From a virus (lineage: Duplodnaviria > Caudoviricetes): DNA of 36,902 nt. How positions within the stretch are numbered: the first letter of the stretch is position 1; each line of letters starts with the position of its first letter. The translations under genes were made by a program, and so were the position numbers. Below are positions 1 to 8,507 of this stretch, piece after piece. The notes beneath the pieces were generated by a model, which made no database searches, was not told the origin of the DNA, and worked only from the letters and a program-made list of their open reading frames with translations. The DNA lies in the IMG/VR virus record IMGVR_UViG_3300037608_000183, positions 1 to 36,902 of that record; one strand, given 5' to 3'.

Positions 1-15
1 CTGCCGAAAATACCC

Positions 16-76
16 CGGATTATGAACTCTCGTTCACGTTAACCGGGCGGTATTGTGAACGAGAGTTCATAATCCG
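16..76. repeat. Perfect 22-bp inverted repeat with 17-nt spacer upstream of the first packaging gene (candidate packaging site or operator)
   Basis: CGGATTATGAACTCTCGTTCAC (16-37) and GTGAACGAGAGTTCATAATCCG (55-76) are exact reverse complements. Confidence 0.9.
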
Positions 77-94
77 AATGTAGTAGCGGATAGC

Positions 95-676
95 ATGGGG
101 AAATACATGGCCAAGCGCTCAGAGGGTGGTCGGCTGCTGCAGCTCACAGCCGTGTCCCAGGCCGAGATTGCAGCGACGATCAGTGTATCGACATGCATCG
201 TGTCGCACTGGATCTCCGGCAAGGTGACGCCGAGCCCCGCTAGGCGTCAGGAGATATATCGAGCATACGGTGTGCCGATCGAGTCCTGGGACCAGCCTCT
301 CGGTTCGGCCGGCGCCCCGGCCCCGGTCCCGGCCCCGGCCCCGGCCAAGCGCGCGAAGGCCAGGGCCGCCAAGACAAAGCCCACAGCGGGGCCGCTGGAT
401 CCCATGGCGGGCATCATGGAGGAGGTCGCGCGATACACCGAGATGCTCGCCGACAGAGACATCCCGGATGCCCGCAAGGCTGCCCTTTCGCGGGCGCGAG
501 TCAATGCGCTCAAGGTCTATGCGCAGCTCCAGGGGGGCTCGCTCAACGAGGCGCAGATAGTGCGGCTGGCAGCATTTCGGCGCGTGGTCGACGCCATCGC
601 CCGTGCGCTGGTGCCGTGGCCAGCCGCCATGGCTGCCGTCGGCAAAGCCCTGGAACAGATTGGAGATGAGCAATAA
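95..676 (+). CDS. XRE-type HTH protein, probable terminase small subunit
   Basis: N-terminal HTH (SQAEIAATISVSTCIVSHWISGKVTPS), Pro/Ala linker, helical C-terminus; first gene of the operon leading to TerL. Confidence 0.6.
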   Translation: MGKYMAKRSEGGRLLQLTAVSQAEIAATISVSTCIVSHWISGKVTPSPARRQEIYRAYGVPIESWDQPLGSAGAPAPVPAPAPAKRAKARAAKTKPTAGPLDPMAGIMEEVARYTEMLADRDIPDARKAALSRARVNALKVYAQLQGGSLNEAQIVRLAAFRRVVDAIARALVPWPAAMAAVGKALEQIGDEQ

Positions 677-678
677 GT

Positions 679-2472
679 ATGAAACCGCGCGTATGCCTGC
701 ATATGATCGTAAAAGACGAGGCCGCGGTGATAACGCGCTGCCTCGACTCGGTCCGGCCGCACGTGGACGCGGTAGCAGTGGTGGACACGGGCTCGACTGA
801 CGAGACGCTGATAATCGCGGCGCAGTGGATGGAGCATGCTGGGCTGCCTCACGGGCTGCGCTCCGAGCCCTGGAAGGGATTCTCAGGGTCTCGCAACGAC
901 GCCCTGCGGCTCGCGCGCGAAGTGTGCGACGTCGAGGATTTGCGGCTCCGCAGCGTCATCGAGCCACTGGAGCCAGGCGAGGAGAGAGACCGGATGCTCG
1001 CCGAGCTGCAGCGCCCGTGGCTGCTGATGTCAATAGATGCGGACGAGATGCTGCAATTTGATTCCGGAGCCAGCTGGCCGGAGGACGATCTCGACGGCTG
1101 GCACGTATGGGTCAATCTCGGCGGAGTGCAGTACACGCGCACGTTGTTGACCCGCGCCGCGGTGCCCTGGAGGTACGCGGGCGCGGTGCACGAGGACGTG
1201 GTGCTGGACCGGCCTTACCGGGTCGGGCATCCGCCGGCAGGCATACTGGTGCGCAGCACGCGAGACGGAGCGCGCGCGAAGGACCCGCTGCGCTACGAGC
1301 GCGATGCGGCAATGCTGCAGGCAGAGCATGAGCGCGACCCGAGCGACCCGAGGACGGTATTTTATGTCGCCAACTCGCTGCGCGACGCGGGCAAGCATGC
1401 CGAGGCGCTCCAATGGTACGACAAGCGCGCGGCGATGGCGGGCTGGGACCAGGAGACGTGGGCCTGTCTGCATGAGCGCGCGCGGTGCATGATCATGCTG
1501 CAGCGGCCGCCCAAGGACGTCATCGAGGCGCATCTGGTGGCGTATGCGCATCGCCCGAGCCGCGCGGAGCCGCTCGCACAGCTCGCGCAGTACATGCGCC
1601 AGGTGACCCGGGTCGATGCAGTGGCCGACATGCTGGAGCGCGCGTGCGCTGGCATGTCGGTGCCGGACGACATCATGTTCGTCGATCGCGCCGCATACGC
1701 GCCGCAGCCTCGCGTGGCGATAATCACCGCGCCGCGGAGCGGCGCATTCCCGCTGGCGGCGACGCTGACCGCCGCCATAGCGGCGGACGAGCAATGCTCG
1801 CCGGACCAGGTGTGCGTGTTCGCAGACCAACTCGATCGCGTGCCGCTGCCGAGCCGCATCCAGCAGGAGCCCGCGAGCCAGCAGGACTTGGAGCGCATCA
1901 GCGCCGGAGGCGTGTACGGCACCCTGAACCTGTGCCGCGCGTTGCGCTGGGCGGCGGGTGCGGACTCGCTTTGCGCGGTGCTGGAGGACGATGTGCTGTT
2001 CGCTCGCGGCTGGTTGCGGCGCGCGGGCGCGCTGCTGGCTGCTGCAGAGCGCAAGGTGGGCGGGCCGGTCGTAATCAATCTGCACCACATGCACGGGAGA
2101 TTAGACGGCGTGCTCGCGGACTCCGGCATTGCCTGCGCTGGAGACCGGCTGCTGGCGGCCGGCCCGGGCGCGTTCGCGAACGGCTCGCAGGGCATGGTGT
2201 GCAGGCCGGCCACGGCGCTGATGCTAGCCAGCGAGCTGCGGGAGCGGATGGAGCTGCCCACTGCGGAGGACAGAAAGCAGTGGGCGATGGACGTTGGGCT
2301 GTGGCGCTGCTGCCACGAGCTTGGCATTGCGCGGATGCTGTGGACCCATCCGTGTCTGTTGTGGCATCAGGACTCGGTCCCGAGCACGTGGGCATGGCAG
2401 GACGATCGCTGGCTCGGCGATGACGACGCGCACCGGCAGTGCAGAAAGACGAGGCACTTTTGGCCGTGGTAG
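679..2472 (+). CDS. Multidomain glycosyltransferase: GT2-like domain + TPR repeats + second GT-A-like domain
   Basis: MIVKDEAAVITRCLDSV, VVDTGSTDET, FSGSRN, IDADE and YAGAVHE are GT2 motifs; TPR-like helices (PRTVFYVANSLRDAG, PSRAEPLAQLA); C-terminal VLEDDV and PCLLWHQ GT-A-like motifs. Confidence 0.85.
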   Translation: MKPRVCLHMIVKDEAAVITRCLDSVRPHVDAVAVVDTGSTDETLIIAAQWMEHAGLPHGLRSEPWKGFSGSRNDALRLAREVCDVEDLRLRSVIEPLEPGEERDRMLAELQRPWLLMSIDADEMLQFDSGASWPEDDLDGWHVWVNLGGVQYTRTLLTRAAVPWRYAGAVHEDVVLDRPYRVGHPPAGILVRSTRDGARAKDPLRYERDAAMLQAEHERDPSDPRTVFYVANSLRDAGKHAEALQWYDKRAAMAGWDQETWACLHERARCMIMLQRPPKDVIEAHLVAYAHRPSRAEPLAQLAQYMRQVTRVDAVADMLERACAGMSVPDDIMFVDRAAYAPQPRVAIITAPRSGAFPLAATLTAAIAADEQCSPDQVCVFADQLDRVPLPSRIQQEPASQQDLERISAGGVYGTLNLCRALRWAAGADSLCAVLEDDVLFARGWLRRAGALLAAAERKVGGPVVINLHHMHGRLDGVLADSGIACAGDRLLAAGPGAFANGSQGMVCRPATALMLASELRERMELPTAEDRKQWAMDVGLWRCCHELGIARMLWTHPCLLWHQDSVPSTWAWQDDRWLGDDDAHRQCRKTRHFWPW

Positions 2473-2579
2473 ACCGCGCGACTGCAATCGCCATGATCGT
2501 GCTGGCTGCACCTGCGGCAGCCGTGCTGATTGCTGCAGGGGTGCTGATTGCAGCGCTCGGAAAGCGAGGTCGCGGATGA
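2466..2579 (+). CDS. 37-aa single-pass membrane peptide (not in ORF track)
   Basis: GTG start overlapping the GT stop and TGA overlapping the radical SAM ATG (ATGA); MVDRATAIAMIVLAAPAAAVLIAAGVLIAALGKRGRG has a hydrophobic core and basic tail. Confidence 0.55.
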   Translation: MVDRATAIAMIVLAAPAAAVLIAAGVLIAALGKRGRG

Positions 2580-3310
2580 ATCCAGTGTACGAGAGCCTGG
2601 AGATCGTCGTCACCCTGCGGTGCAACGCGAGATGCCGAAATTGCATCCGGCTGTGCAACCGGCAGGACTTGGGGCTCGATTACAGCGGGCTCGACATAAC
2701 CGAAGAGCAATTCGCGCTGGTGCTGCAGCAGGTGCAGGAGCTTCCGCGGGCGATCGGTCAGCGGGCATTCGGCGTGCTGTGCCTGACTGGAGGCGAGCCG
2801 CTGCTGCATCCGCGGCTGCACCGGATGCTCGATGCAGCAATTTCGCTCGAACACAGCTGCGTCGACCAGGTCGTGGTCAACAGCAACAGGACGCTTCCCA
2901 TCCCGCTCGGAATGGAGCCCCGCGTGGTGCATTGGTGGGCGGTGGGCGCCGAGAAGGCAGCCCACCACGTGGCGATGCTCTCGGACCCGGCGGAGCGCGG
3001 GGAGCGCGTCACAAGAGCATCGTGCACGCACTACCGAAAGAACCGCATCGTGGTGACTTCGCAGGGGTGGACCCGGTGCTGCGCGGCGGAGGGCTACGTC
3101 AGGCTGCTCTGCCGGGAGGATTTGATACTGGACCACTTGCCCGCGACGACCAAGGACTGGCCCGACATGGACGCGGTGTGCGCGCACTGCGCGTTCGCGG
3201 CGCCTACGCAGATCTACGAGCGCGATTGCGGAGCGCCAGTGTCCGCCGTGTTCGCCGCGGCTGCGGCGCAAAATTTGGCCGGCCGCGCTGTGCGAAAGAG
3301 GCTGGCGTGA
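2576..3310 (+). CDS. Radical SAM protein with Cys-rich C-terminal (twitch/SPASM-like) region
   Basis: CNARCRNC (CxxxCxxC), LTGGEPLLHP, C-terminal C..RCC..CAHC; ATG at 2576 preceded by GAGG. Confidence 0.85.
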   Translation: MNPVYESLEIVVTLRCNARCRNCIRLCNRQDLGLDYSGLDITEEQFALVLQQVQELPRAIGQRAFGVLCLTGGEPLLHPRLHRMLDAAISLEHSCVDQVVVNSNRTLPIPLGMEPRVVHWWAVGAEKAAHHVAMLSDPAERGERVTRASCTHYRKNRIVVTSQGWTRCCAAEGYVRLLCREDLILDHLPATTKDWPDMDAVCAHCAFAAPTQIYERDCGAPVSAVFAAAAAQNLAGRAVRKRLA

Positions 3311-4986
3311 CCAGCACGCGCCAACAGCTCGTGGACTCGAAATCGGGCGCGGCGCGGCGCCGGCCAAGCAACATCGCCGCAGCGTTGGGGCAATCGCTCA
3401 CCACTCGCGCGATGCAGCTCGGGGAGGGTGCCGAGTGGACGTGGCCCAGCATGCAGTACCAGCGCGACCCGGTCGCGTACTGCAGAGAGGTGCTGGGCAC
3501 CGAGCCGTGGGGCTGCCAGCGCGATGTGATGCAGGCGCTCGTGCCTGCGCTCGCGCGCGTGGCCGTTAAGTCTGGCCACAAGACGGGAAAGTCGCACTTG
3601 GCCGCGTGCATCGCGCTATGGTTCTACTGCAGCTTTGCGAATGCGCGCGTGGTGATGTCTTCCACGACGTCGCGACAGGTGGACCGCATCCTGTGGCGAG
3701 AGCTGCGCATGATGCACTACCGCTCGCAGGCCGGGCTGCGCGAAGACGACCGCGCACTGCAGCGCAACCCGCACCTGCGGACGAGGCCAATAGGGGGAGA
3801 GCCTGCGGTGCTGGCGCGCTCCGGTTTGGTGTCGCCGGACTTCCGCGAGATTACAGGGTTCACTGCGCGCGAGGCTGAGGCCGTTGCCGGCATCTCGGGC
3901 GAGAATCTGCTGTATATCATCGACGAGGCGTCAGGCGTTCCCGGCAATATATTCGAGGCGATTCAAGGAAACATGGCGGGTGGGGCGCGGATCCTGTTGC
4001 TGAGCAACCCGACGCAGGACAAGGGAGAGTTCTTCGACGCATTCGGCAAGAAGGCGAAATCGGACACGAACCCGACCGGATACACCTGTTTCACCATCTC
4101 GTCCGAGATGTCGCCGAATGTGGTCGAGGGTCGCGTGGTGATTCCAGGGCTCGCGACCAGGGAGTGGATAGAGACCATGCGGCAGGATTATGGGCCTGAC
4201 TCTGCGTGGTACACGGTGCGAGTCAAGGGCGACTTCGTGCTAAATGAGGCCAGCAAGATCATCTCGCTGGCGCTCATATCGGCAGCTGAACAGCGCTGGG
4301 AGGACGCGCCTGAGGACGGCGGGCAGCTGCACATCGGGCTCGACCCCGCGGGCCCGTCTGGCGGCGGCGACGAGACGGTGTTCTGTCTGAGGCGCGGCGG
4401 CAAGATACTGTCATTCCACGCGTTCCGCGAGCAGAACGAGGACGCGATCCTGGTGCAGCTCATTGGCATCGTGCAGCAGGCGCGGCGCCCGCGCGAGGTG
4501 CCGCTGGTCAAGGTGGACCGGGAGGGGCTCATCGGCAGCAAGGTATTCGGCAGGCTGCGCGCATACCTCGACGCGCAGCCGGCGTACGAGCGGCCATTCG
4601 AGTGCGTCGGCGTGCGCGCTTCCGACAAGGCGCACCGAGACCCGATGAACTTCGACCGGATGCGCGACGAGCTGTGGGAGAACATGCGGCTGTGGCTGGC
4701 ATCGGGCGGCGCCATCCCGCCGAGCAGCAAACTGGAGCAGGAGCTGCATGCGCCGGACTGGGTCACCAGACTCGACCTGAAGCGCAAAGTCACTCCGAAG
4801 GAAGAGCTGCGCAAGCTGCTCGGCCGGTCATGCGACCATGCGGATGCAATGGCGCTCGCGGTGTGGGACATCACTCTGCGCGAGCACGCTGCCGCAGTGC
4901 CGGACCAGAGTCACCAGCCTCCGCCCGCGTACGCCGAGCCGGCTGCGCTGGACCCGTACGATTGGGAGCGCGCATTCCGCAGGTGA
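3307..4986 (+). CDS. terL: Terminase large subunit
   Basis: Walker A VKSGHKTGKS, Walker B YIIDEASG, coupling motif LSNP, nuclease IGLDPA..DET and DHADA; GTG overlaps the radical SAM stop (GTGA). Confidence 0.92.
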   Translation: MTSTRQQLVDSKSGAARRRPSNIAAALGQSLTTRAMQLGEGAEWTWPSMQYQRDPVAYCREVLGTEPWGCQRDVMQALVPALARVAVKSGHKTGKSHLAACIALWFYCSFANARVVMSSTTSRQVDRILWRELRMMHYRSQAGLREDDRALQRNPHLRTRPIGGEPAVLARSGLVSPDFREITGFTAREAEAVAGISGENLLYIIDEASGVPGNIFEAIQGNMAGGARILLLSNPTQDKGEFFDAFGKKAKSDTNPTGYTCFTISSEMSPNVVEGRVVIPGLATREWIETMRQDYGPDSAWYTVRVKGDFVLNEASKIISLALISAAEQRWEDAPEDGGQLHIGLDPAGPSGGGDETVFCLRRGGKILSFHAFREQNEDAILVQLIGIVQQARRPREVPLVKVDREGLIGSKVFGRLRAYLDAQPAYERPFECVGVRASDKAHRDPMNFDRMRDELWENMRLWLASGGAIPPSSKLEQELHAPDWVTRLDLKRKVTPKEELRKLLGRSCDHADAMALAVWDITLREHAAAVPDQSHQPPPAYAEPAALDPYDWERAFRR

Positions 4987-5071
4987 GTTAACGCTGATTA
5001 TGCGAGACCCGCGCGCCAGCGCAATGTCAGCCTTAATCAATATTAAATTTCGCGGGTGCTAAACTATTAGT
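4987..5071 (+). promoter_or_regulatory. AT-rich intergenic segment before portal, candidate late promoter/operator
   Basis: TTAATCAATATTAAATTT in a GC-rich genome; TGATTA (4995-5000)/TAATCA (5034-5039) inverted pair. Confidence 0.35.
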
Positions 5072-6436
5072 GTGGCGTCACTTGTCAGCAAACTAACGCA
5101 GATTGCAGGCGATCAGCTGCGCGCGCTGCTGTCCGTCAGTGCGCTGCAAGGCGTGGGGCAATCTGCGCAGGTGCACGAAGTCAGCGCGGAGGACGTGGCG
5201 CGGATTCGCGAGGCGCTCGGCGGCAACCTGTCGCCAATGCCGACCACGCGGACCCGCTGGTACCTGTCCGATCTGGAGGCCGCCAGCCGCGCTGCAGACG
5301 TCGGAGACCTGACGATTGTGGGCCAGTTGTGGCGCGCGATGCGGCGCGACGGCACCATGAGCGGGTTGCTTAGCACGCGCACCGACGGCCTAGTGCGCCT
5401 GCCAAAGCGGTTTTTCGGCGACGCTGAGCAAGTGGCGCAGCTGCAGCAGCGCAACGGCACCCGGTCCATATTCGACGAGATGTTTCCGCCCGCTGAGCTG
5501 GCAAAGTTCGCGGCAGACGGGCTGGTGTGCGGCGTCGCCGTGGCGGAGCTGCTGCCGGTGCCTGGCCGCAGCTATCCGGTGATGCGCACGCTGGACCCGG
5601 AGTTCCTTCGTTACCGATGGAACGAGGGGCGCTGGTACTACAGCTCCGTCGCGGGGCAGCTGCCAATCACTCCGGGCGACGGGCACTGGATGCTGCACAT
5701 ACCGGGCGGCAATCTGGCGCCGTGGAGCCACGGGCTGTGGATGGCGCTCGGACGAGCGTACGTGAACAAAGAGCACGCGCTCAACGCACGCTCCAATTAC
5801 TCGTCCAAGCTCGCCAACCCGGCGCGCGTAGCCAAAGCTCCAATTGGCGCGACCGAGCTGCAGCGCGTGGGGTTCCTTTCGCGCGTCATCGCCTGGGGCA
5901 TCAACACGGTGTTCGAGCTTCCGCCGGGCTGGGATGTGGCGCTGCTGGAGAGCAATGGCCGCGGGTGGGAAGTGTTCCAGAGCGAAATCGACACGAGCGA
6001 CAAAGAGATGGTGCTGTGCCTCGCCGGCCAGACCGTGACGACCGACGGCGGCGCCGGGTTCGCGAACTCAGACATCCACAAGTCAATCCGCGCAGACCTA
6101 ATCAAGGCCACGGCGGATTCGCTCGCCTACACGATTAACACTCAGGGTCTGCCGCAGTGGGTGGTCGCTCACTGGGGCGTCGACGCGATCGAGACGCGCG
6201 CACAGGTCGAATGGGACGTGGAGCCCGCGAAGGACCGCCTGGCGGAGGCGAACTCGCTGATTGCGGTGGCCAATGCGATCGGCCTTCTGCGCACGAATCT
6301 GCAACCCTACGGCAGGGACGTGGACGTGGTGTCGATGGCCACGCGGTTCGGCGTTCCCATCGCGGGCGATGGGAACGGTGACGGGGTTCCGGACGAGCTG
6401 CAGGCGCAGCCCGAGGCGCAACGGGAGGCTGCATGA
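5072..6436 (+). CDS. Portal protein (Mu gp29/DUF935-like)
   Basis: 454 aa directly after TerL; 'AADVGD..QLWRAMRRD' N-terminus and 'LCLAGQTVTTDGG..SDIH..IRADLIKA' resemble Mu-like portals. Confidence 0.8.
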   Translation: MASLVSKLTQIAGDQLRALLSVSALQGVGQSAQVHEVSAEDVARIREALGGNLSPMPTTRTRWYLSDLEAASRAADVGDLTIVGQLWRAMRRDGTMSGLLSTRTDGLVRLPKRFFGDAEQVAQLQQRNGTRSIFDEMFPPAELAKFAADGLVCGVAVAELLPVPGRSYPVMRTLDPEFLRYRWNEGRWYYSSVAGQLPITPGDGHWMLHIPGGNLAPWSHGLWMALGRAYVNKEHALNARSNYSSKLANPARVAKAPIGATELQRVGFLSRVIAWGINTVFELPPGWDVALLESNGRGWEVFQSEIDTSDKEMVLCLAGQTVTTDGGAGFANSDIHKSIRADLIKATADSLAYTINTQGLPQWVVAHWGVDAIETRAQVEWDVEPAKDRLAEANSLIAVANAIGLLRTNLQPYGRDVDVVSMATRFGVPIAGDGNGDGVPDELQAQPEAQREAA

Positions 6437-7596
6437 CCATTCGCCTGCACTGTTCGATAGCGATCGATGGCGACGGCGTGGAGCGCCCGGGGCCCGGGAT
6501 GGCGCCGACGGCGTTCCGGATATGGCGCGCGGGACTGAATCAGACTGACCACGGACCCACAGTCTTCAGCGCGCGCTCGGCGCAGGCGCTGATGCGCGAG
6601 CAAGAGCTGCGCGGCAATCTGATTTCGTTCGACATCGATCACATGTCGCTCGACCCGCGCGCACCGCTGGAGAACCACGCGGCAGTCGGGTGGCACCGTC
6701 TCGGCGTGCGCGGCCCCGGCGACGAGCCGGAGCTGTGGGCGGAAGACTGCAAGTTCGATGCGATGATTGCGGAGGGCATGGCTGCCGATCCGCCCCGGTG
6801 GAGATACTACAGCCCGGCATACGACGTGACTGACGACACGCACGAGGTCATCTCGTACGTGAACTGCGCAATCACGAATCAGCCGGCGACATGGAATGTC
6901 ACTCAGCTCGCAACGCGGGCCGAACAGAAAGGTCAGAAAATGGCAATCAGCAAGGCTGACATGCTCGCGTTCATCAAGCGCGCGAGCGAGTCGGGCGGAG
7001 AGGATGCTGGCGAAATTTGTGCGGCTATCCTCGCCGTCCTGGAAGAGGAGCCCGTCAAGCAGGACGAGCCCGAGGACAAGGAGCCCGTCGAGCAGGATGA
7101 GCCCAAGGACGAGGACAAGGAGCCCGCGAAGGAGGCTCGCACGGACTCGCGGGTGATTTCGCTGCTCGAAGCACTTGAAGCCGATCGCAAGCGCATCTCA
7201 GCCGAGCGCGCCGCCGAGAAGGTGGCCGCGGAGCGCGCGAGCCTGCTGGCTTCGCGCACCATTGCGAATGTTGAAGTGCGCGCTTGGCTGGCATCTCCCA
7301 AGACGCCGATCGAGGAAGTGCGTGCGGCGTGCAAGGTGCTGCCGCCGGCCGAAATGCCGAACCCGGCAGCGGCGGTGTCGGTGCAGGCCACTCGCGGAGC
7401 GAGCCAGGGCAGCACGCGGAGCGTGGAGCCGAGCGTGGCCGATGCCATCGACGCGAAGATGGGCATTCGCGGGGCGAAGCCGTCCATCCGGCGCGAAGAC
7501 AAGGTGCATGTGCTCGGCGCGCTGTACGGGCGCGAGGGCAGGGAAGAGGCCAAGCGGATTCTGGCTCTGCGTGAGCCTGGCAAGGATGGTGTGTGA
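6433..7596 (+). CDS. Mu-like prohead protease (gpI-like) with C-terminal scaffold region
   Basis: FDIDH, AVGW, RYYSPAY and AITNQPA motifs; acidic/charged helical C-terminal half. Confidence 0.85.
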   Translation: MTIRLHCSIAIDGDGVERPGPGMAPTAFRIWRAGLNQTDHGPTVFSARSAQALMREQELRGNLISFDIDHMSLDPRAPLENHAAVGWHRLGVRGPGDEPELWAEDCKFDAMIAEGMAADPPRWRYYSPAYDVTDDTHEVISYVNCAITNQPATWNVTQLATRAEQKGQKMAISKADMLAFIKRASESGGEDAGEICAAILAVLEEEPVKQDEPEDKEPVEQDEPKDEDKEPAKEARTDSRVISLLEALEADRKRISAERAAEKVAAERASLLASRTIANVEVRAWLASPKTPIEEVRAACKVLPPAEMPNPAAAVSVQATRGASQGSTRSVEPSVADAIDAKMGIRGAKPSIRREDKVHVLGALYGREGREEAKRILALREPGKDGV

Positions 7597-8495
7597 TGGC
7601 GGGACTTGGAGCACTGACCGCGCCCAGGGCGCGCGCGCAGAAGACGATTAAGACCGTTCGCCTGCCGATCGGGCAGACGAAGGTATTCAAAGGCGCAGGC
7701 GCTTGCCTCTCGGGCGGATACGCCATCGAGGCGGCCGCCGCGACCGAGCTGAGCACCATCGGCGTGTTCAGCGAGACGGTGGACAACTCCGCAGGCGCCT
7801 CCGGGGCCAAGACCGCAGAGGTCGAGTTCCCGCAGGAGCTGCACGGCGAATACTTCGCCAACGGCACCTCCGGCGATGCGGTGGCAATCACCGACATCGG
7901 CGCGCTGTGCTACTGGATTGACGACCAGACGGTGTCCATCTCCGATGGCAGCGGCACCCGCTCGCCGGCCGGATTCGTTGGCGGCGTCGACGCGCAGCTC
8001 GGCGTGCTCGTGGCCATCCAGCCCATCATGAATCAGGCCATTGCGACCCCGACGATCACTTCGTTCGCGAACGCGGCGCACGGCCACACCGACGCCGCTG
8101 GCGGCGGGGTACTTGCCGCGCCGGCCATCACTTCTTTCGCGGCTGCCGCGCACACTCACGGCAATGCGGCCGGCGGCGGTGCGCTGCGCATGATCGATGG
8201 CGGCACGCTGGCTTGGACCGGCGTGACCTGCACGATCTCCACTCCGGGCACTTGGAAGCATTATCGCGCTCCTGCGGCGGCCACCCAGGCGAGCGTGATT
8301 TCGCTCGGCAACACCAGCGCGGTCATGGGCGACATGGTCAAAATCACGTCGGCCGGCGCCTGCACCCAAACCATCACCTATTTCGACGGCACATACGCGC
8401 GCACTGCCGCGCTGAGCGCCAGCAAAACCCACACTGTGATCGCGAGCTACGACGGCGCGGTCTGGACGTTCGACTACACGGTCGGAGCCAACTGA
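7596..8495 (+). CDS. Capsid decoration/cement protein with fibre-like C-terminal extension
   Basis: Between protease and capsid; 'IGVFSETVDNSAG..DIGALCYWIDDQTV' decoration-like domain, then two HxH-containing repeats and a Thr-rich beta domain. Confidence 0.65.
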   Translation: MAGLGALTAPRARAQKTIKTVRLPIGQTKVFKGAGACLSGGYAIEAAAATELSTIGVFSETVDNSAGASGAKTAEVEFPQELHGEYFANGTSGDAVAITDIGALCYWIDDQTVSISDGSGTRSPAGFVGGVDAQLGVLVAIQPIMNQAIATPTITSFANAAHGHTDAAGGGVLAAPAITSFAAAAHTHGNAAGGGALRMIDGGTLAWTGVTCTISTPGTWKHYRAPAAATQASVISLGNTSAVMGDMVKITSAGACTQTITYFDGTYARTAALSASKTHTVIASYDGAVWTFDYTVGAN

Positions 8496-8507
8496 GGAGA
8501 CTGAGTC

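Noticed and set aside
314-346. CCCCGG hexamer repeats
   Set aside because: Explained by the PAPVPAPAPA linker in the 95-676 protein
2466-2579. RiPP precursor interpretation of the small peptide
   Set aside because: No Cys, Ser or aromatic residues and no leader/core layout; looks like a TM helix
2548-3306. N-terminal extension of TerL given by the ORF track (812 aa)
   Set aside because: Overlaps the radical SAM gene in another frame and is low-complexity Arg/Ala; the GTG at 3307 is coupled to the rSAM stop
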